Shown: positions 7,789-18,281 of the stretch, piece by piece | Position numbering within the stretch: the stretch's first letter is position 1 | How the letters are laid out: every line of letters begins with the position of its first letter | Source: Bacteroidota bacterium | GTDB taxonomy: Bacteria > Bacteroidota > Bacteroidia > Chitinophagales > LD1 | Direction of reading: 5' to 3' | Assembly (NCBI GenBank): GCA_947461105.1 | Contig: CANHIG010000003.1 | Location: forward strand, 1-52,173 | DNA length: 52,173 bases | Made by a program: the position numbers and the translations under genes | The notes under the pieces: generated by a model | Told to the model about the DNA's origin: nothing | Database searches by the model: none | Seen by the model: the letters and a program-made list of their open reading frames with translations, nothing else

Positions 7789-9603
7789 ATGAGTATGATT
7801 AGCATTCAGGAACTATTGAAGCAGGAGGCGCAGAAAGCCTGCAAAAATCTTTTTGGTGAAGAAAGTTTAACGGCTGCTATTAATGTTGGTATTACCAACA
7901 AAGAATTTGAGGGAGACTATACGGTAGTTGTTTTTCCGCTGGTACGCTTTTCAAAACTATCGCCCGAAAAAACCGGTGAAGCTTTGGGCACCTATCTGAA
8001 AGAAAATACTGATTACATCAATGATTTCAATGTGGTAAAAGGATTTCTGAATCTCAGACTCACTGCTGCATTTTGGATAAAAAATCTGGAAGAGCGAAGT
8101 CAGAAAAAAGAATTGACAATATTCTCTGCAAAGAAAGAAAAAGTGTTGCTAGAATACTGCGGTCCAAATACTAACAAGCCTCTGCATATTGGTCACTTAA
8201 GAAATATGTTGTTGGGATTTTCGGTGAGTGAAATCCTGAAAGAAACCGGCTCTGATGTCACTAAAGTAAACATATACAACGACCGCGGAATTGCCATCTG
8301 CAAATCAATGGCGGCTTATATCGAGCGTGGCAATGGCGAAACTCCTGAAAGCAGCGGAATCAAAGGTGACCATTTTGTGGGCGATTATTATGTGATGTTC
8401 GGGAGAATTGTAGAAGAACAACTTCGTGCAAAATACAAGGTAAGCGGAGAAGAGAATGTGTTTAAAGCTATTGGAAAAGATCGTGAAATAGCAGAACAGG
8501 AAACTCCGATTTTCGAACTTGCGAAAAAACTTTTATTACAATGGGAAGCCAATGATGAATATGCTGTAAACCTATGGAAACGAATGAACGGCTGGGTTTA
8601 TGATGGTTTCAAAAAAACCTTTGATGTGCTCGGAGTGGATTTTGAAAAAGATTATTTCGAAAGCGAAACTTACAAGCTCGGTAAAGACATTATTGATGAA
8701 GGTGTTGCAAAGCAAGTGATATACAAACGAGTCGATGATGCAATGGCAATAGACTTGACTGCTGATGGCTTGGATGAAAAGGTATTACTGCGCAGTGACG
8801 GCACTTCTATTTATATAACTCAGGACTTGGGTACCGCAAAGCTTCGCCACGATGAATTTAAGATGGACAAGATGATTTATGTGGTGGCTAACGAGCAGGA
8901 CTATCACTTTAAAGTTTTGAAACTTGCCTTACAAAAACTCGGCAAGAAATGGGCTGATGGAATTTATCATTTGTCCTATGCATTAGTTGAATCACCAACA
9001 GGTCGGTTCAAATCTCGTGAAGGCAAAACAGCTGATGCTGATGATTTGATTGCAGAAGTTTTGCGCATTGCAGAAGAAAAAACAAAAGAGCACGGAAAGA
9101 TTGAAGACTTCACTGCTGAAGATGCACAGGCGCTTTATAAAACAATTGGATTAGGTGCATTGAAATTTTTTATTCTTCGTGTAAATCCGTTTAAGAAAAT
9201 AATTTTCAATCCTGAAGAATCAATAGACTTCCACGGACAAACAGGGCCCTTTATTCAATATACTCATGCAAGGATTAAATCTGTAATCAGAAAAGCAAAT
9301 ATTGCTTCGTTGACTTTGAATCAACAAACCGAGCTTAGTGAAACGGAACGCCAAATCATTCAGCAGTTGAGTGAATTTGAAAATATATTGATTGATGCTG
9401 CAGCTAAATATGATCCTTCTGAAGTAGCCAACTATTTGTACAATCTATCCAAGCTATACAATAAGTTCTACAATGAATCACCTATAATAGCTGCTAAATC
9501 AGAAGATGAAAAAACACTGAGAATTGCGCTATCATCAATCACTGCTCGCACCATTGCCAAAGGCATGAAATTATTGGGAATAGAGGTTCCTGAGAAGATG
9601 TAA
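7789..9603 (+). CDS. argS: Arginine--tRNA ligase
   Basis: PNTNKPLHIGH (HIGH motif), FKSREG, GPFIQYTHARI and C-terminal LLGIEVPEKM. Confidence 0.97.
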   Translation: MSMISIQELLKQEAQKACKNLFGEESLTAAINVGITNKEFEGDYTVVVFPLVRFSKLSPEKTGEALGTYLKENTDYINDFNVVKGFLNLRLTAAFWIKNLEERSQKKELTIFSAKKEKVLLEYCGPNTNKPLHIGHLRNMLLGFSVSEILKETGSDVTKVNIYNDRGIAICKSMAAYIERGNGETPESSGIKGDHFVGDYYVMFGRIVEEQLRAKYKVSGEENVFKAIGKDREIAEQETPIFELAKKLLLQWEANDEYAVNLWKRMNGWVYDGFKKTFDVLGVDFEKDYFESETYKLGKDIIDEGVAKQVIYKRVDDAMAIDLTADGLDEKVLLRSDGTSIYITQDLGTAKLRHDEFKMDKMIYVVANEQDYHFKVLKLALQKLGKKWADGIYHLSYALVESPTGRFKSREGKTADADDLIAEVLRIAEEKTKEHGKIEDFTAEDAQALYKTIGLGALKFFILRVNPFKKIIFNPEESIDFHGQTGPFIQYTHARIKSVIRKANIASLTLNQQTELSETERQIIQQLSEFENILIDAAAKYDPSEVANYLYNLSKLYNKFYNESPIIAAKSEDEKTLRIALSSITARTIAKGMKLLGIEVPEKM

Positions 9604-9652
9604 ATTTCTCTTGCTCCCGCTCCTTGCAAGGAGCGGGAGCAAGAGAAATTTA
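9601..9652. terminator. Perfect 52-bp palindrome, likely a bidirectional terminator or REP-like element
   Basis: TAAATTTCTCTTGCTCCCGCTCCTTG followed directly by its reverse complement. Spans both convergent stop codons. Confidence 0.75.
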
Positions 9653-10537
9653 TTTTAAAAACCGCTCCGAAACCACCAAATCTTTTGAATCTTTACTATG
9701 TTTATAAAATCCTTCGCCAGATTTTACTCCGAGTCTTCCGGCTGTAACCATATTAACCAATAACGGACAAGGCGCATATTTAGGATTTCCAAAACCATCA
9801 TGCAATACGCGCATAATCGCAAGGCAAACATCTAATCCTATGAAATCTGCTAATTGTAAAGGCCCCATTGGATGCGCCATACCGAGTTTCATTACAGTAT
9901 CAATTTCATAAACTCCTGCCACTCCCTCATACAAAGAATAAACGGCTTCATTAATCATCGGCATCAGAATTCTGTTTGCCACAAAGCCCGGATAATCGTT
10001 AACCTCTACAGGAACTTTCCCAATTTGTTTAGACAACTCCATAATGGTATTGCAAACTTCATTTGAAGTAGCATAACCACGAATCACCTCTATCAGCTTC
10101 ATCACCGGAACAGGATTCATAAAGTGCATTCCGATTACTTTGTCGGCTCGTTTGGTAGCAGCTGCAATCTTAGTAATAGAAATAGAACTTGTATTAGATG
10201 ACAGAATAGTTTCCGGCTTACATATTCCATCTAACTGTTTGAAAAGGCTCAACTTAATTGTTTCGTTCTCCGTAGCAGCTTCTACAACCAAATCTGCTGC
10301 AGCAGCACTTTTAAGCTCCGTATTTTTAGAAAGTCTGGAAAGTGTTTCTGCCTTTTGTGTTTCGCTTAATGCACCTTTTGCCACTTGCCTGTCAAGATTC
10401 TTATCAATAGTCTGCAACGCCTTATCTAAAGCTGCTTCTGAAATATCTATAATCGTTGTATCATATCCATTCAGTGCAAAAACATGCGCAATGCCGTTTC
10501 CCATTGTCCCTGCTCCTATTACCGCTATTTTCTTCAT
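9650..10537 (-). CDS. hbd: 3-hydroxybutyryl-CoA dehydrogenase
   Basis: GAGTMG Rossmann motif, SNTSS, GMHFMNP and HPMGPLQLADFIGLD. Confidence 0.93.
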   Translation of the reverse strand: MKKIAVIGAGTMGNGIAHVFALNGYDTTIIDISEAALDKALQTIDKNLDRQVAKGALSETQKAETLSRLSKNTELKSAAAADLVVEAATENETIKLSLFKQLDGICKPETILSSNTSSISITKIAAATKRADKVIGMHFMNPVPVMKLIEVIRGYATSNEVCNTIMELSKQIGKVPVEVNDYPGFVANRILMPMINEAVYSLYEGVAGVYEIDTVMKLGMAHPMGPLQLADFIGLDVCLAIMRVLHDGFGNPKYAPCPLLVNMVTAGRLGVKSGEGFYKHSKDSKDLVVSERFLK

Positions 10538-10652
10538 GATTTGTATTTATGCTGCTAAGATGGTATTCATTTTTTACTTGGCAAACTTTTAAGAGAAGAT
10601 GTTCGTTTCTTCAGGTATTCTGGCGACTTTAAGTCTTCCGACCACTATTAAT

Positions 10653-10683
10653 AAAAAAGGCTGAATCGAAACGATTCAGCCTT
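10653..10683 (-). terminator. Rho-independent terminator of the dcw operon (after ftsZ)
   Basis: 12-bp stem AAGGCTGAATCG/CGATTCAGCCTT with a 3-nt loop and a U-tract on the minus strand. Confidence 0.85.
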
Positions 10684-10706
10684 GCCTGTTTTAAAGGGAG
10701 AGTCTA

Positions 10707-12344
10707 TTAATCTACATTATCATCTAAAAAGGAATTATTTCTTCTAATAACCGGTCTGTCATTTTCGATATCATGAGACAAGGTGAATCGTGACACATTT
10801 TTCTCTTCTGAAGGTAGTGATGCATTGAGTTCGATATTCTTGCGCAAGTATGCAGGAGTATTTTCTAATTCCTCCATATTTTGTCTGCTCAAAGAACGGA
10901 TACTCAATTGATTCAAAATTCTCTTCCTATCCTGTAGTTCCTGAACTTGTTTTTCTTCCTGATACAATGAAGTAGGTTCATATTGCTTCACATTAGTTAC
11001 AACAAATTCTTCCTCAGAACTAACAGCAAGTGGAGTTTCTGTATTTTCTTCAACAGAAGTCAAATCTTCATTGAGCTCAGATTCCACCATTTCATCTTCA
11101 CTAAGATTGTTATTTATCTCAAACTCAACAGAAACAGTTTCATTGTTTGGAGCATTGAAGGTAAATAAGGTAAAAGAGTCTTCACTTTCAAGATTAGTTA
11201 CTACATCCTGAACCACTTCCTCCTCTTCCAAGAAATTTACCTTATTCTCAGCTTCCAATTTTTGCTCTACAACAGTTTCCTGAACCGGAGTATTTACAAA
11301 GGTTGCTTCTTCAGCGGGACTGTCAGTAAGCTCATGTACTTTTTTAGTTACTACTTTATTGAAAGCAGGTTTTCCTGTTGGTTCAAATCCAGTAGCTATA
11401 AGCGTTACAGAAATTTTGTTTTCAAGAGAAGCATCATCGCAAGTACCAAATATGATGTCAGTGTCTTTAGCTACATCCTGAATATACTCATTGATTTCAG
11501 TAATCTCATCAATAGTAATCTGATCGCTACCTGAACTGATATTCACCAATATTTTCTTCGCACCTCTGATGTCATTATCATTGAGCAATGGAGAGTTAAG
11601 CGCTCCTTGAATCGCTTTCATCGCTCTTCCTTCGCCTTCTGCAACAGCGGAACCCATGATAGCAGCACCTGAACAAGACATTACATATTTCACATCGGCA
11701 AAGTCAACATTGATATAACCAGGCACGGTGATAATTTCTGAAATACTTTTTGCCGCAGTAGTCAAAATATTATTCGCATAATTGAATGCTTCATTTTGCT
11801 TGGCGTTACCATGCATTTCACGAATCTTATCGTTTGAAATTACAAGTATAGTATCTACTTCCTTTTTCAATTTTTCGATTCCTTCCAAGGCCTGATTAAA
11901 CTTCCTCTTTCCCTCGAAAGAAAAAGGTGTAGTTACAATAGCCACTGTCAGGATTCCCATTTCACGAGCAATCTTTGCAATCACAGGTGCTCCACCGGTT
12001 CCTGTGCCACCTCCCATTCCGGCAGTGATGAATACCATCTTGGTATTTTTACTTAAGAGGGTTTTCAATTCTTCTATGGACTCTTCAGTTGCCTGCATTC
12101 CAATCTCAGGATTTGATCCTGCTCCTAATCCCTGAGTTAATTCAGGTCCAAGTTGAATTTTATTTGGAATCGGACTTACCTCCAATGCCTGAGCATCAGT
12201 ATTGCAAATTACAAAGTTTACACCTACGATACCCTGATGAAACATGTGATTGACAGCATTGCTGCCACCACCGCCTACTCCAAACACTTTAATGATAGAG
12301 GCTTGGTCTTTAGGTAAATCAAACTGTAATGATGTCATATACAT
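10707..12344 (-). CDS. ftsZ: Cell division protein FtsZ (long acidic linker)
   Basis: GVGGGGSNAVN, GMGGGTGTG, INVDFADV and the Bacteroidota C-terminus NNSFLDDNVD. The start may be 12338. Confidence 0.98.
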   Translation of the reverse strand: MYMTSLQFDLPKDQASIIKVFGVGGGGSNAVNHMFHQGIVGVNFVICNTDAQALEVSPIPNKIQLGPELTQGLGAGSNPEIGMQATEESIEELKTLLSKNTKMVFITAGMGGGTGTGGAPVIAKIAREMGILTVAIVTTPFSFEGKRKFNQALEGIEKLKKEVDTILVISNDKIREMHGNAKQNEAFNYANNILTTAAKSISEIITVPGYINVDFADVKYVMSCSGAAIMGSAVAEGEGRAMKAIQGALNSPLLNDNDIRGAKKILVNISSGSDQITIDEITEINEYIQDVAKDTDIIFGTCDDASLENKISVTLIATGFEPTGKPAFNKVVTKKVHELTDSPAEEATFVNTPVQETVVEQKLEAENKVNFLEEEEVVQDVVTNLESEDSFTLFTFNAPNNETVSVEFEINNNLSEDEMVESELNEDLTSVEENTETPLAVSSEEEFVVTNVKQYEPTSLYQEEKQVQELQDRKRILNQLSIRSLSRQNMEELENTPAYLRKNIELNASLPSEEKNVSRFTLSHDIENDRPVIRRNNSFLDDNVD

Positions 12345-12363
12345 TTTATTATTGGTTATTAAT

Positions 12364-13803
12364 TTATTTAAAATCGTTGTCGCTGTTTACTCTTTCATCT
12401 CCAAACCACTCGTGGGTATTTTCGATTAATTTATCCCACCATTTTTTCTGACGCTGTTGAGCTGGTGCTTCTTGTCTCACTTCCTTTTTTTGCTCAATTG
12501 GAGTTTCTTCAACTTCTTCTTCAAAATCCAATTCAATTTCCAACTCTTCCTCTTCAATAACCGTTTGCGGAACAACAACTTGCTCAACTCCTTTTTCAAA
12601 AACCAATTCTTCTTCAACTATTTTCAATAGTCCTTCTTCGCGTAATTGGTCGTAACCTTTGATAATCAGCCCCACACCTGTCGCAAAAATCGGGTTCTTC
12701 AATTCCTCTTTTGTTTCTTTTACCAAATACTCTGTTGGATAACCGATTCTGGTTGAAAGTCCTGTGTGGTATTCTACAAACTGTTTAAGATGTTTCAGCT
12801 GAGAACCACCACCTGTAATCACTATACCTGCAATAAGTTTCTTTTGATAACCTGATGATTTGATTTCAAAATAAACATGCTGAAATATTTCTTCCAATCT
12901 GGCATTGATAATATTGGCAAGATTTCTCATAGAGATTTCTTTGCGCGGACGCCCGCCAATTCCGGGAATTGAAATAATTTCATCATCACTTGTTCCTTCC
13001 GGTAAAGCATGTCCAAATCTTACTTTGAGTTTTTCAGCCTGCTTTTTTAAAACCATACAGCCTGTTTTAATATCTTCAGTAATGATATTTCCTGCTAAAG
13101 GAATCACGGCAGTATGTCTGATTACATTATCCTGAAATATAGCGATATCAGTAGTTCCGCCACCAATATCTACTAAAGCTACTCCAGCCTCAGTTTCTTC
13201 CTCACTCAAAACAGATGCTGAAGAAGCTAGTGGCTCAAGTATCAAACCTTTCATCACAAGCCCTGCTCTTTCAACGCACTTTTTAATGTTTTGAGCAGCG
13301 GCCACTCTCCCAGTTATAATATGGAAATTTGCTGATAAGCGGCTACCACACATACCTACTGGAGTTCTTGGAACCGGATTGTTATCAATCATAAATTCCT
13401 GAGGAATCACATGAATAATTTTTTCACCCGGGTTCACAGCTATTCTGAACATGTCGTCAATCATAGACTTTACATGCGCCTCTGTAACTTCTGTATCAGG
13501 CTGACCCAATGAATGGATACCATTGTTTTGCATGCTGGAAATATGCTCTCCCGCAATACCAACAAAAACCTCACTGATTGTTACTCCAGATTGACGCTCT
13601 GCATCTGCAACAGCTGATTTAATTGCAGCGACTGTCATTTCAATATTCACTACTTCACCTCTTGCAACACCATTTGAGTCAGATTTTCCAATTCCCAAAA
13701 TGGAAATTTTACCGCGCTGATCCATCTGACCTACTATGGCAGCAATTTTCGTTGTACCGATGTCCAGCCCAACAACAACCTGATATTTTTTAATTTCGCT
13801 CAT
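12364..13803 (-). CDS. ftsA: Cell division protein FtsA
   Basis: GLDIGTTK, DIGGGTTD, ITGGGSQL and a C-terminal amphipathic helix. Confidence 0.97.
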   Translation of the reverse strand: MSEIKKYQVVVGLDIGTTKIAAIVGQMDQRGKISILGIGKSDSNGVARGEVVNIEMTVAAIKSAVADAERQSGVTISEVFVGIAGEHISSMQNNGIHSLGQPDTEVTEAHVKSMIDDMFRIAVNPGEKIIHVIPQEFMIDNNPVPRTPVGMCGSRLSANFHIITGRVAAAQNIKKCVERAGLVMKGLILEPLASSASVLSEEETEAGVALVDIGGGTTDIAIFQDNVIRHTAVIPLAGNIITEDIKTGCMVLKKQAEKLKVRFGHALPEGTSDDEIISIPGIGGRPRKEISMRNLANIINARLEEIFQHVYFEIKSSGYQKKLIAGIVITGGGSQLKHLKQFVEYHTGLSTRIGYPTEYLVKETKEELKNPIFATGVGLIIKGYDQLREEGLLKIVEEELVFEKGVEQVVVPQTVIEEEELEIELDFEEEVEETPIEQKKEVRQEAPAQQRQKKWWDKLIENTHEWFGDERVNSDNDFK

Positions 13804-13823
13804 AGCTTTTATCTATTTTTTAA

Positions 13824-14615
13824 TTACTGTATTTCCGTTTTTTTCAGCGCTACAACCTGATTTGCTGACTCAATATTCAGCTGCCTATATTTGTTCCATC
13901 CCCTTTTCACCATTACTTTTTTATAAAACTCAGTCAAATTTTTGATCCTTACTTTCATAAACTCATTTGACTTCCCGAACCATACTGTGTGACTTCCGGT
14001 TTTAGGAATCAGCTCAAAATCTCCTGACTCATGCACGTATACATGATCTATAAAAGCACTCAAAAGAGTATCACTTGCTAAACAAAGAACTAAATCAAAC
14101 AACTGACTTTTTACAATACTGTCATCTGCTGCAACCCTGCCATTATCCAAATAACCGTATGCAAGGAATACATCGGTTGTAAATTTACCATGTAATGGCA
14201 TCTTATATCTGTCTTCACTCAAATAGTAACTAACATCGTTAGTGTTAATTACACGCAAAAATGGCGTACGCTGTTTTATGTCCACATGAAGAGATTGTTT
14301 CTGGTCATAGAACAATTCTGCATTTGCTATGTATGGGTTTCTTTCCAATACCTTCTCAAGAGTTCTGTAATCAATTGACTGTAATGGTTTGCCAACAATT
14401 TTGCCCCCTGATAAATGAAGCAGCTCCTCCATTACTTCTTTATCTTCAATTAATTGTTTATCATCTTCAAAATCTATATCAATCTGTACAGAAGAACATA
14501 CATAGGATTTTTCCTTATTCACAGTGGCTACAAGTGTAACAGCAAATGACACAACAACAGCAACAACAAATAAAATTTGCAGCACTCGTTTGAGTATGTG
14601 AAGAAAGCGTTTCAC
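13824..14615 (-). CDS. ftsQ: Cell division protein FtsQ/DivIB
   Basis: N-terminal TM helix, POTRA-like LEKVLERNPYIANAE, and position between murC and ftsA. Confidence 0.85.
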   Translation of the reverse strand: MKRFLHILKRVLQILFVVAVVVSFAVTLVATVNKEKSYVCSSVQIDIDFEDDKQLIEDKEVMEELLHLSGGKIVGKPLQSIDYRTLEKVLERNPYIANAELFYDQKQSLHVDIKQRTPFLRVINTNDVSYYLSEDRYKMPLHGKFTTDVFLAYGYLDNGRVAADDSIVKSQLFDLVLCLASDTLLSAFIDHVYVHESGDFELIPKTGSHTVWFGKSNEFMKVRIKNLTEFYKKVMVKRGWNKYRQLNIESANQVVALKKTEIQ

Positions 14616-15988
14616 CCTTTTGATTTTAATAATTCAAAAATCGGTTTCACAATCCTGTCAATATCTCCTGCTCCTATTGTAAGAATAATGCCATCATTCT
14701 TTGTTTCGATATGTCTGAGAATTTCTTCTCTACTTAAAACTTTTTTGAAACTGCACTTCACCTTATCAAGAATTAATTGGCTTGAAACTCCCTCAATCGG
14801 CAACTCTCGAGCAGGATAGATTTCCATTAAAATCACTTCATCAGCATCTGAAAGTGATTTCGCAAATTCCTTATCCAAATCCCTTGTACGTGAAAAAAGA
14901 TGCGGCTGAAAAATGGCAGTGATTTTCTTGTCGGGATAAAGTCCTTTTACCGACTGAATTAATGCACGAATCTCCTCAGGATGATGAGCGTAATCGTCAA
15001 TATAAATAAATTGATCATTGCTGAAAACCTTTTCAAATCTGCGCTTAATGCCTTGGAAAGATTCAAGTGCTGCTTTAATCTTTCTCGTTTCAATTCCCAA
15101 CTCTTTGGCAACTGCGAACGCTGCGATAGCGTTTTCAATATTATGAAGCCCACCCATATTTAATCTGAAGCCGACATATTCCTTTCCGTAGTATGAAATA
15201 CTGAAAACATAACCACCATCCACTACCCAATATTTACTGCAATACACATCACTGCTGCTTGAAGAAAATGAGTAGAAAGCTTTGTCCAAAACAGGAAGGC
15301 GCGATTCGATAGACTGATTTTCTTTAATCACTAAAAAGCCTTCCTCGTTAATTTTGTTTATAAACTCAACAAAGGCATCATCAATTTTTTCCTTAGAGCC
15401 ATAAATGTCCAGATGATCTGTATCCACGGCCGTTACCACAGCAATTTTAGGAGCAAGCTCATGAAACGAACGATCAAACTCATCCGCTTCTATCACAACA
15501 CAATTATTTTTTGAAAGCAAAAAATTAGTATTATAATTCACCGTAATTCCACCAAGAAAAGCTGTACAACCAAAACCGGAATGAGTCAAGATGTGAGCAA
15601 TCATCGATGAAACAGTTGTTTTACCATGAGAACCGCCAACACAAATAGCATACTTCGATTTACTGATTAATCCCAAAACCTGAGCGCGTTTAAGAACCGG
15701 ATAATTATTTGCCAAATAAAAATTCAGCTCAGTGTGCTCTTTAGGAATTGCCGGAGTGAAGACAACAAAATCTGCATCTTTCATCAACAGATTTACATCA
15801 TCAGTAAAATGAATTTTTATTCCTTCCTGTGCCAATTGTTTTGTGAGTTCAGTTTCGGTTTTATCATAACCCGCTACCTCTTTTCCCATAGCCTTGAAAT
15901 AGCGCGCAAGAGCAGACATACCGATGCCACCTATACCGATAAAGTATACTCTTTTTATTGCATTAAAATCTAATTCCTTTGCCTTCAT
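14612..15988 (-). CDS. murC: UDP-N-acetylmuramate--L-alanine ligase
   Basis: GIGGIGMSALA, GSHGKTT, EADEFDRSF and DDYAHHP. Confidence 0.97.
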   Translation of the reverse strand: MKAKELDFNAIKRVYFIGIGGIGMSALARYFKAMGKEVAGYDKTETELTKQLAQEGIKIHFTDDVNLLMKDADFVVFTPAIPKEHTELNFYLANNYPVLKRAQVLGLISKSKYAICVGGSHGKTTVSSMIAHILTHSGFGCTAFLGGITVNYNTNFLLSKNNCVVIEADEFDRSFHELAPKIAVVTAVDTDHLDIYGSKEKIDDAFVEFINKINEEGFLVIKENQSIESRLPVLDKAFYSFSSSSSDVYCSKYWVVDGGYVFSISYYGKEYVGFRLNMGGLHNIENAIAAFAVAKELGIETRKIKAALESFQGIKRRFEKVFSNDQFIYIDDYAHHPEEIRALIQSVKGLYPDKKITAIFQPHLFSRTRDLDKEFAKSLSDADEVILMEIYPARELPIEGVSSQLILDKVKCSFKKVLSREEILRHIETKNDGIILTIGAGDIDRIVKPIFELLKSKG

Positions 15989-15990
15989 TT

Positions 15991-17085
15991 CTATACAAGC
16001 TTTTCAATTTCATCAGCAATTCGCTCATCAGCATCAATAATTTCGAGTGCCTTTATGTTTTTTGATAAAGATTCCGATTGAGCAGAATGATTAAATAAGT
16101 CTTTAAGTGTAGTAAACAAAGTACTAACTGCATCTTTGTCATTTATATAAATAGCTGCCGCTGCTTTTTCAAGTGAAAGCACATTTCTTGTTTGCTGATC
16201 ATCTGTCACATTAGGAGAAGGAATAAAAATAACCGGCTTGCCAATCACCTGCAATTCGGCTATTGACAATGCTCCTGCGCGTGAGATTATCACATTAGCC
16301 GCAGTATAAGCATAATCCATTCTGTCAATAAACTTTACACACTTGACATTGAGATGAGCGGATGCGACATCTTTATATTGCTCAAAATAAAAACTACCTG
16401 TTTGCCATATCAACTGTATATTCATGGACAGAATCAAATCAAGATTTGCTTTCACGCTCTCGTTCAAAGTCTTTGCACCAAGGCTGCCACCGATAATCAA
16501 AACTGTTTTCCTATCGGCATTAAATCCGAAATAGTTCAACGAATCCTCCTTACTCACATCCAATTGCAATATCTCCTTCCTAATTGGATTTCCTGTTTTC
16601 ACCACATGCTTTCCTCTGTACACAGCAATCAACTCATCATAAGCAACACAAATTGTGTCGGCAAATTTTGAGAGTAATTTATTAGTAAGCCCTGCCACTG
16701 CATTCTGCTCCTGAATCACAGTGGGCACTCTGAGTAGTGAAGCAACAAACAAAAGCGGGCCGCTTGCGTAGCCTCCAACTCCCACTGCAACCTGCGGTTT
16801 GAATTTCAATACAATAAAAAATGCTTTCAGCAAAGAGTAAAACAACTTGAAAGGAAGCGAAAGATTTGTAACAAACTTTCCTCGCTGAAAGCCTGCAATT
16901 TTTAAGCCTGTAATTTTATATCCCGCAAGTGGAATTTTCTCCATTTCCATTTTTCCTTCAGCTCCAACAAATAAAATATCAATATTTGGATGTCGCCTTT
17001 TCAAGGCATTAGCTATAGCCAATGCAGGGAAAATATGACCTCCCGAGCCACCACCGCTAATGATTATTTTTTTCAATCCGCCCAT
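15991..17085 (-). CDS. murG: Undecaprenyl-PP-MurNAc-pentapeptide GlcNAc transferase
   Basis: GGGSGGHIFP, GVGGYAS, EQN, GGSLGA and SRAGA. Confidence 0.97.
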   Translation of the reverse strand: MGGLKKIIISGGGSGGHIFPALAIANALKRRHPNIDILFVGAEGKMEMEKIPLAGYKITGLKIAGFQRGKFVTNLSLPFKLFYSLLKAFFIVLKFKPQVAVGVGGYASGPLLFVASLLRVPTVIQEQNAVAGLTNKLLSKFADTICVAYDELIAVYRGKHVVKTGNPIRKEILQLDVSKEDSLNYFGFNADRKTVLIIGGSLGAKTLNESVKANLDLILSMNIQLIWQTGSFYFEQYKDVASAHLNVKCVKFIDRMDYAYTAANVIISRAGALSIAELQVIGKPVIFIPSPNVTDDQQTRNVLSLEKAAAAIYINDKDAVSTLFTTLKDLFNHSAQSESLSKNIKALEIIDADERIADEIEKLV

Positions 17086-18263
17086 TATATCGCTAAATTT
17101 TCTTCTCCTTTTTTCAATTCAATATTTCTACTCACACTCAGGATTATTCCAATCGCTATACTCGTAAACACAACTGAACTTCCACCCATACTCACCAGAG
17201 GAAGCGTAAGACCCGTAACTGGGAAAACACCTACTGCCACCGCCATATTAATCATAGCCTGAAGCAACAAACTCAACCCAAGTCCAACTGCGAGAAAAGC
17301 TCCAAATGCTTTCGGTGCCTGAAAAACAATTCTGATACATCGGTAAAAGAATATCAGATAAACCAGCATCACAACCACGCCACCAATCAATCCGTATTCT
17401 TCGATGATGATGGCATAAATAAAGTCCGAATATGCTTCAGGCAAAAAATGTTTCTGTGTGGAATTGCCTGGACCGTTAGGAAATATTCCGCCTTTTGCAA
17501 TGGCAATATTTGCCTGCAATGACTGATACGATTCGCCTCCTTCCAATCCCTTATGTAAAAAATGTGTTTCAATCCTGTTCTTCCATGTGTGCATCCTGCC
17601 CACAAGCATATCCTCGGGCAATAAGAGAAGTAATGAAAGAAAAATCCCCATTACCAATCCGCTTCCTCCCATAATCAAAGCGAGATGTTTATAGGAAACC
17701 CTGCCTATAAACAAAATGAACATTGATGTAAGAAAGAGAATAAGTGCGGTGGAGAGATTATCCTTTGCAATCAGTACAACAGGAATTATAATTGCTCCAA
17801 TCATCGGTAATACTGATTTTTTGAAGTCTTTGATTTGTCCCTGATTCTGTGTCAGCATTCGGGCAAGAAACATAATGAGTCCAAGTTTTGCCAAATCTGA
17901 AGTTTGGAATGTCCATCCAATTAACGGAAGCCTGATCCATCTGCTCGCACTGTTTATTGATGTTCCCCAAAACATAGTATATACAAGTAGCGGAATACTA
18001 ATAATCCAAAGAATTTGCGCGATACGCGAGTAATACTTGTAATTAATCAAATGTGCCAGATACATTAACCCAATTCCTCCAACTGCACTGAGCACCTGCT
18101 TAATCAAATAATAGGAAGTATCGCCATCGGTGTACTTATATGCAAGTGAGCCCGATGCACTATAAACAGCAAGCATCGAAAAAGTAAAGAGTATAAAAAC
18201 CACCATCCAAATGATTTTATCACCTTGGAAATTTTCGAAAAATTTTGAAATGCTGCTATTCAT
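17085..18263 (-). CDS. ftsW: SEDS peptidoglycan polymerase FtsW
   Basis: Multi-TM protein with RWI...FQTSDLAK, SDFIYAII and TGLTLPLVSMGGSS. Confidence 0.95.
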   Translation of the reverse strand: MNSSISKFFENFQGDKIIWMVVFILFTFSMLAVYSASGSLAYKYTDGDTSYYLIKQVLSAVGGIGLMYLAHLINYKYYSRIAQILWIISIPLLVYTMFWGTSINSASRWIRLPLIGWTFQTSDLAKLGLIMFLARMLTQNQGQIKDFKKSVLPMIGAIIIPVVLIAKDNLSTALILFLTSMFILFIGRVSYKHLALIMGGSGLVMGIFLSLLLLLPEDMLVGRMHTWKNRIETHFLHKGLEGGESYQSLQANIAIAKGGIFPNGPGNSTQKHFLPEAYSDFIYAIIIEEYGLIGGVVVMLVYLIFFYRCIRIVFQAPKAFGAFLAVGLGLSLLLQAMINMAVAVGVFPVTGLTLPLVSMGGSSVVFTSIAIGIILSVSRNIELKKGEENLAI

Positions 18264-18281
18264 ATCTTATACCTCAAAGAA

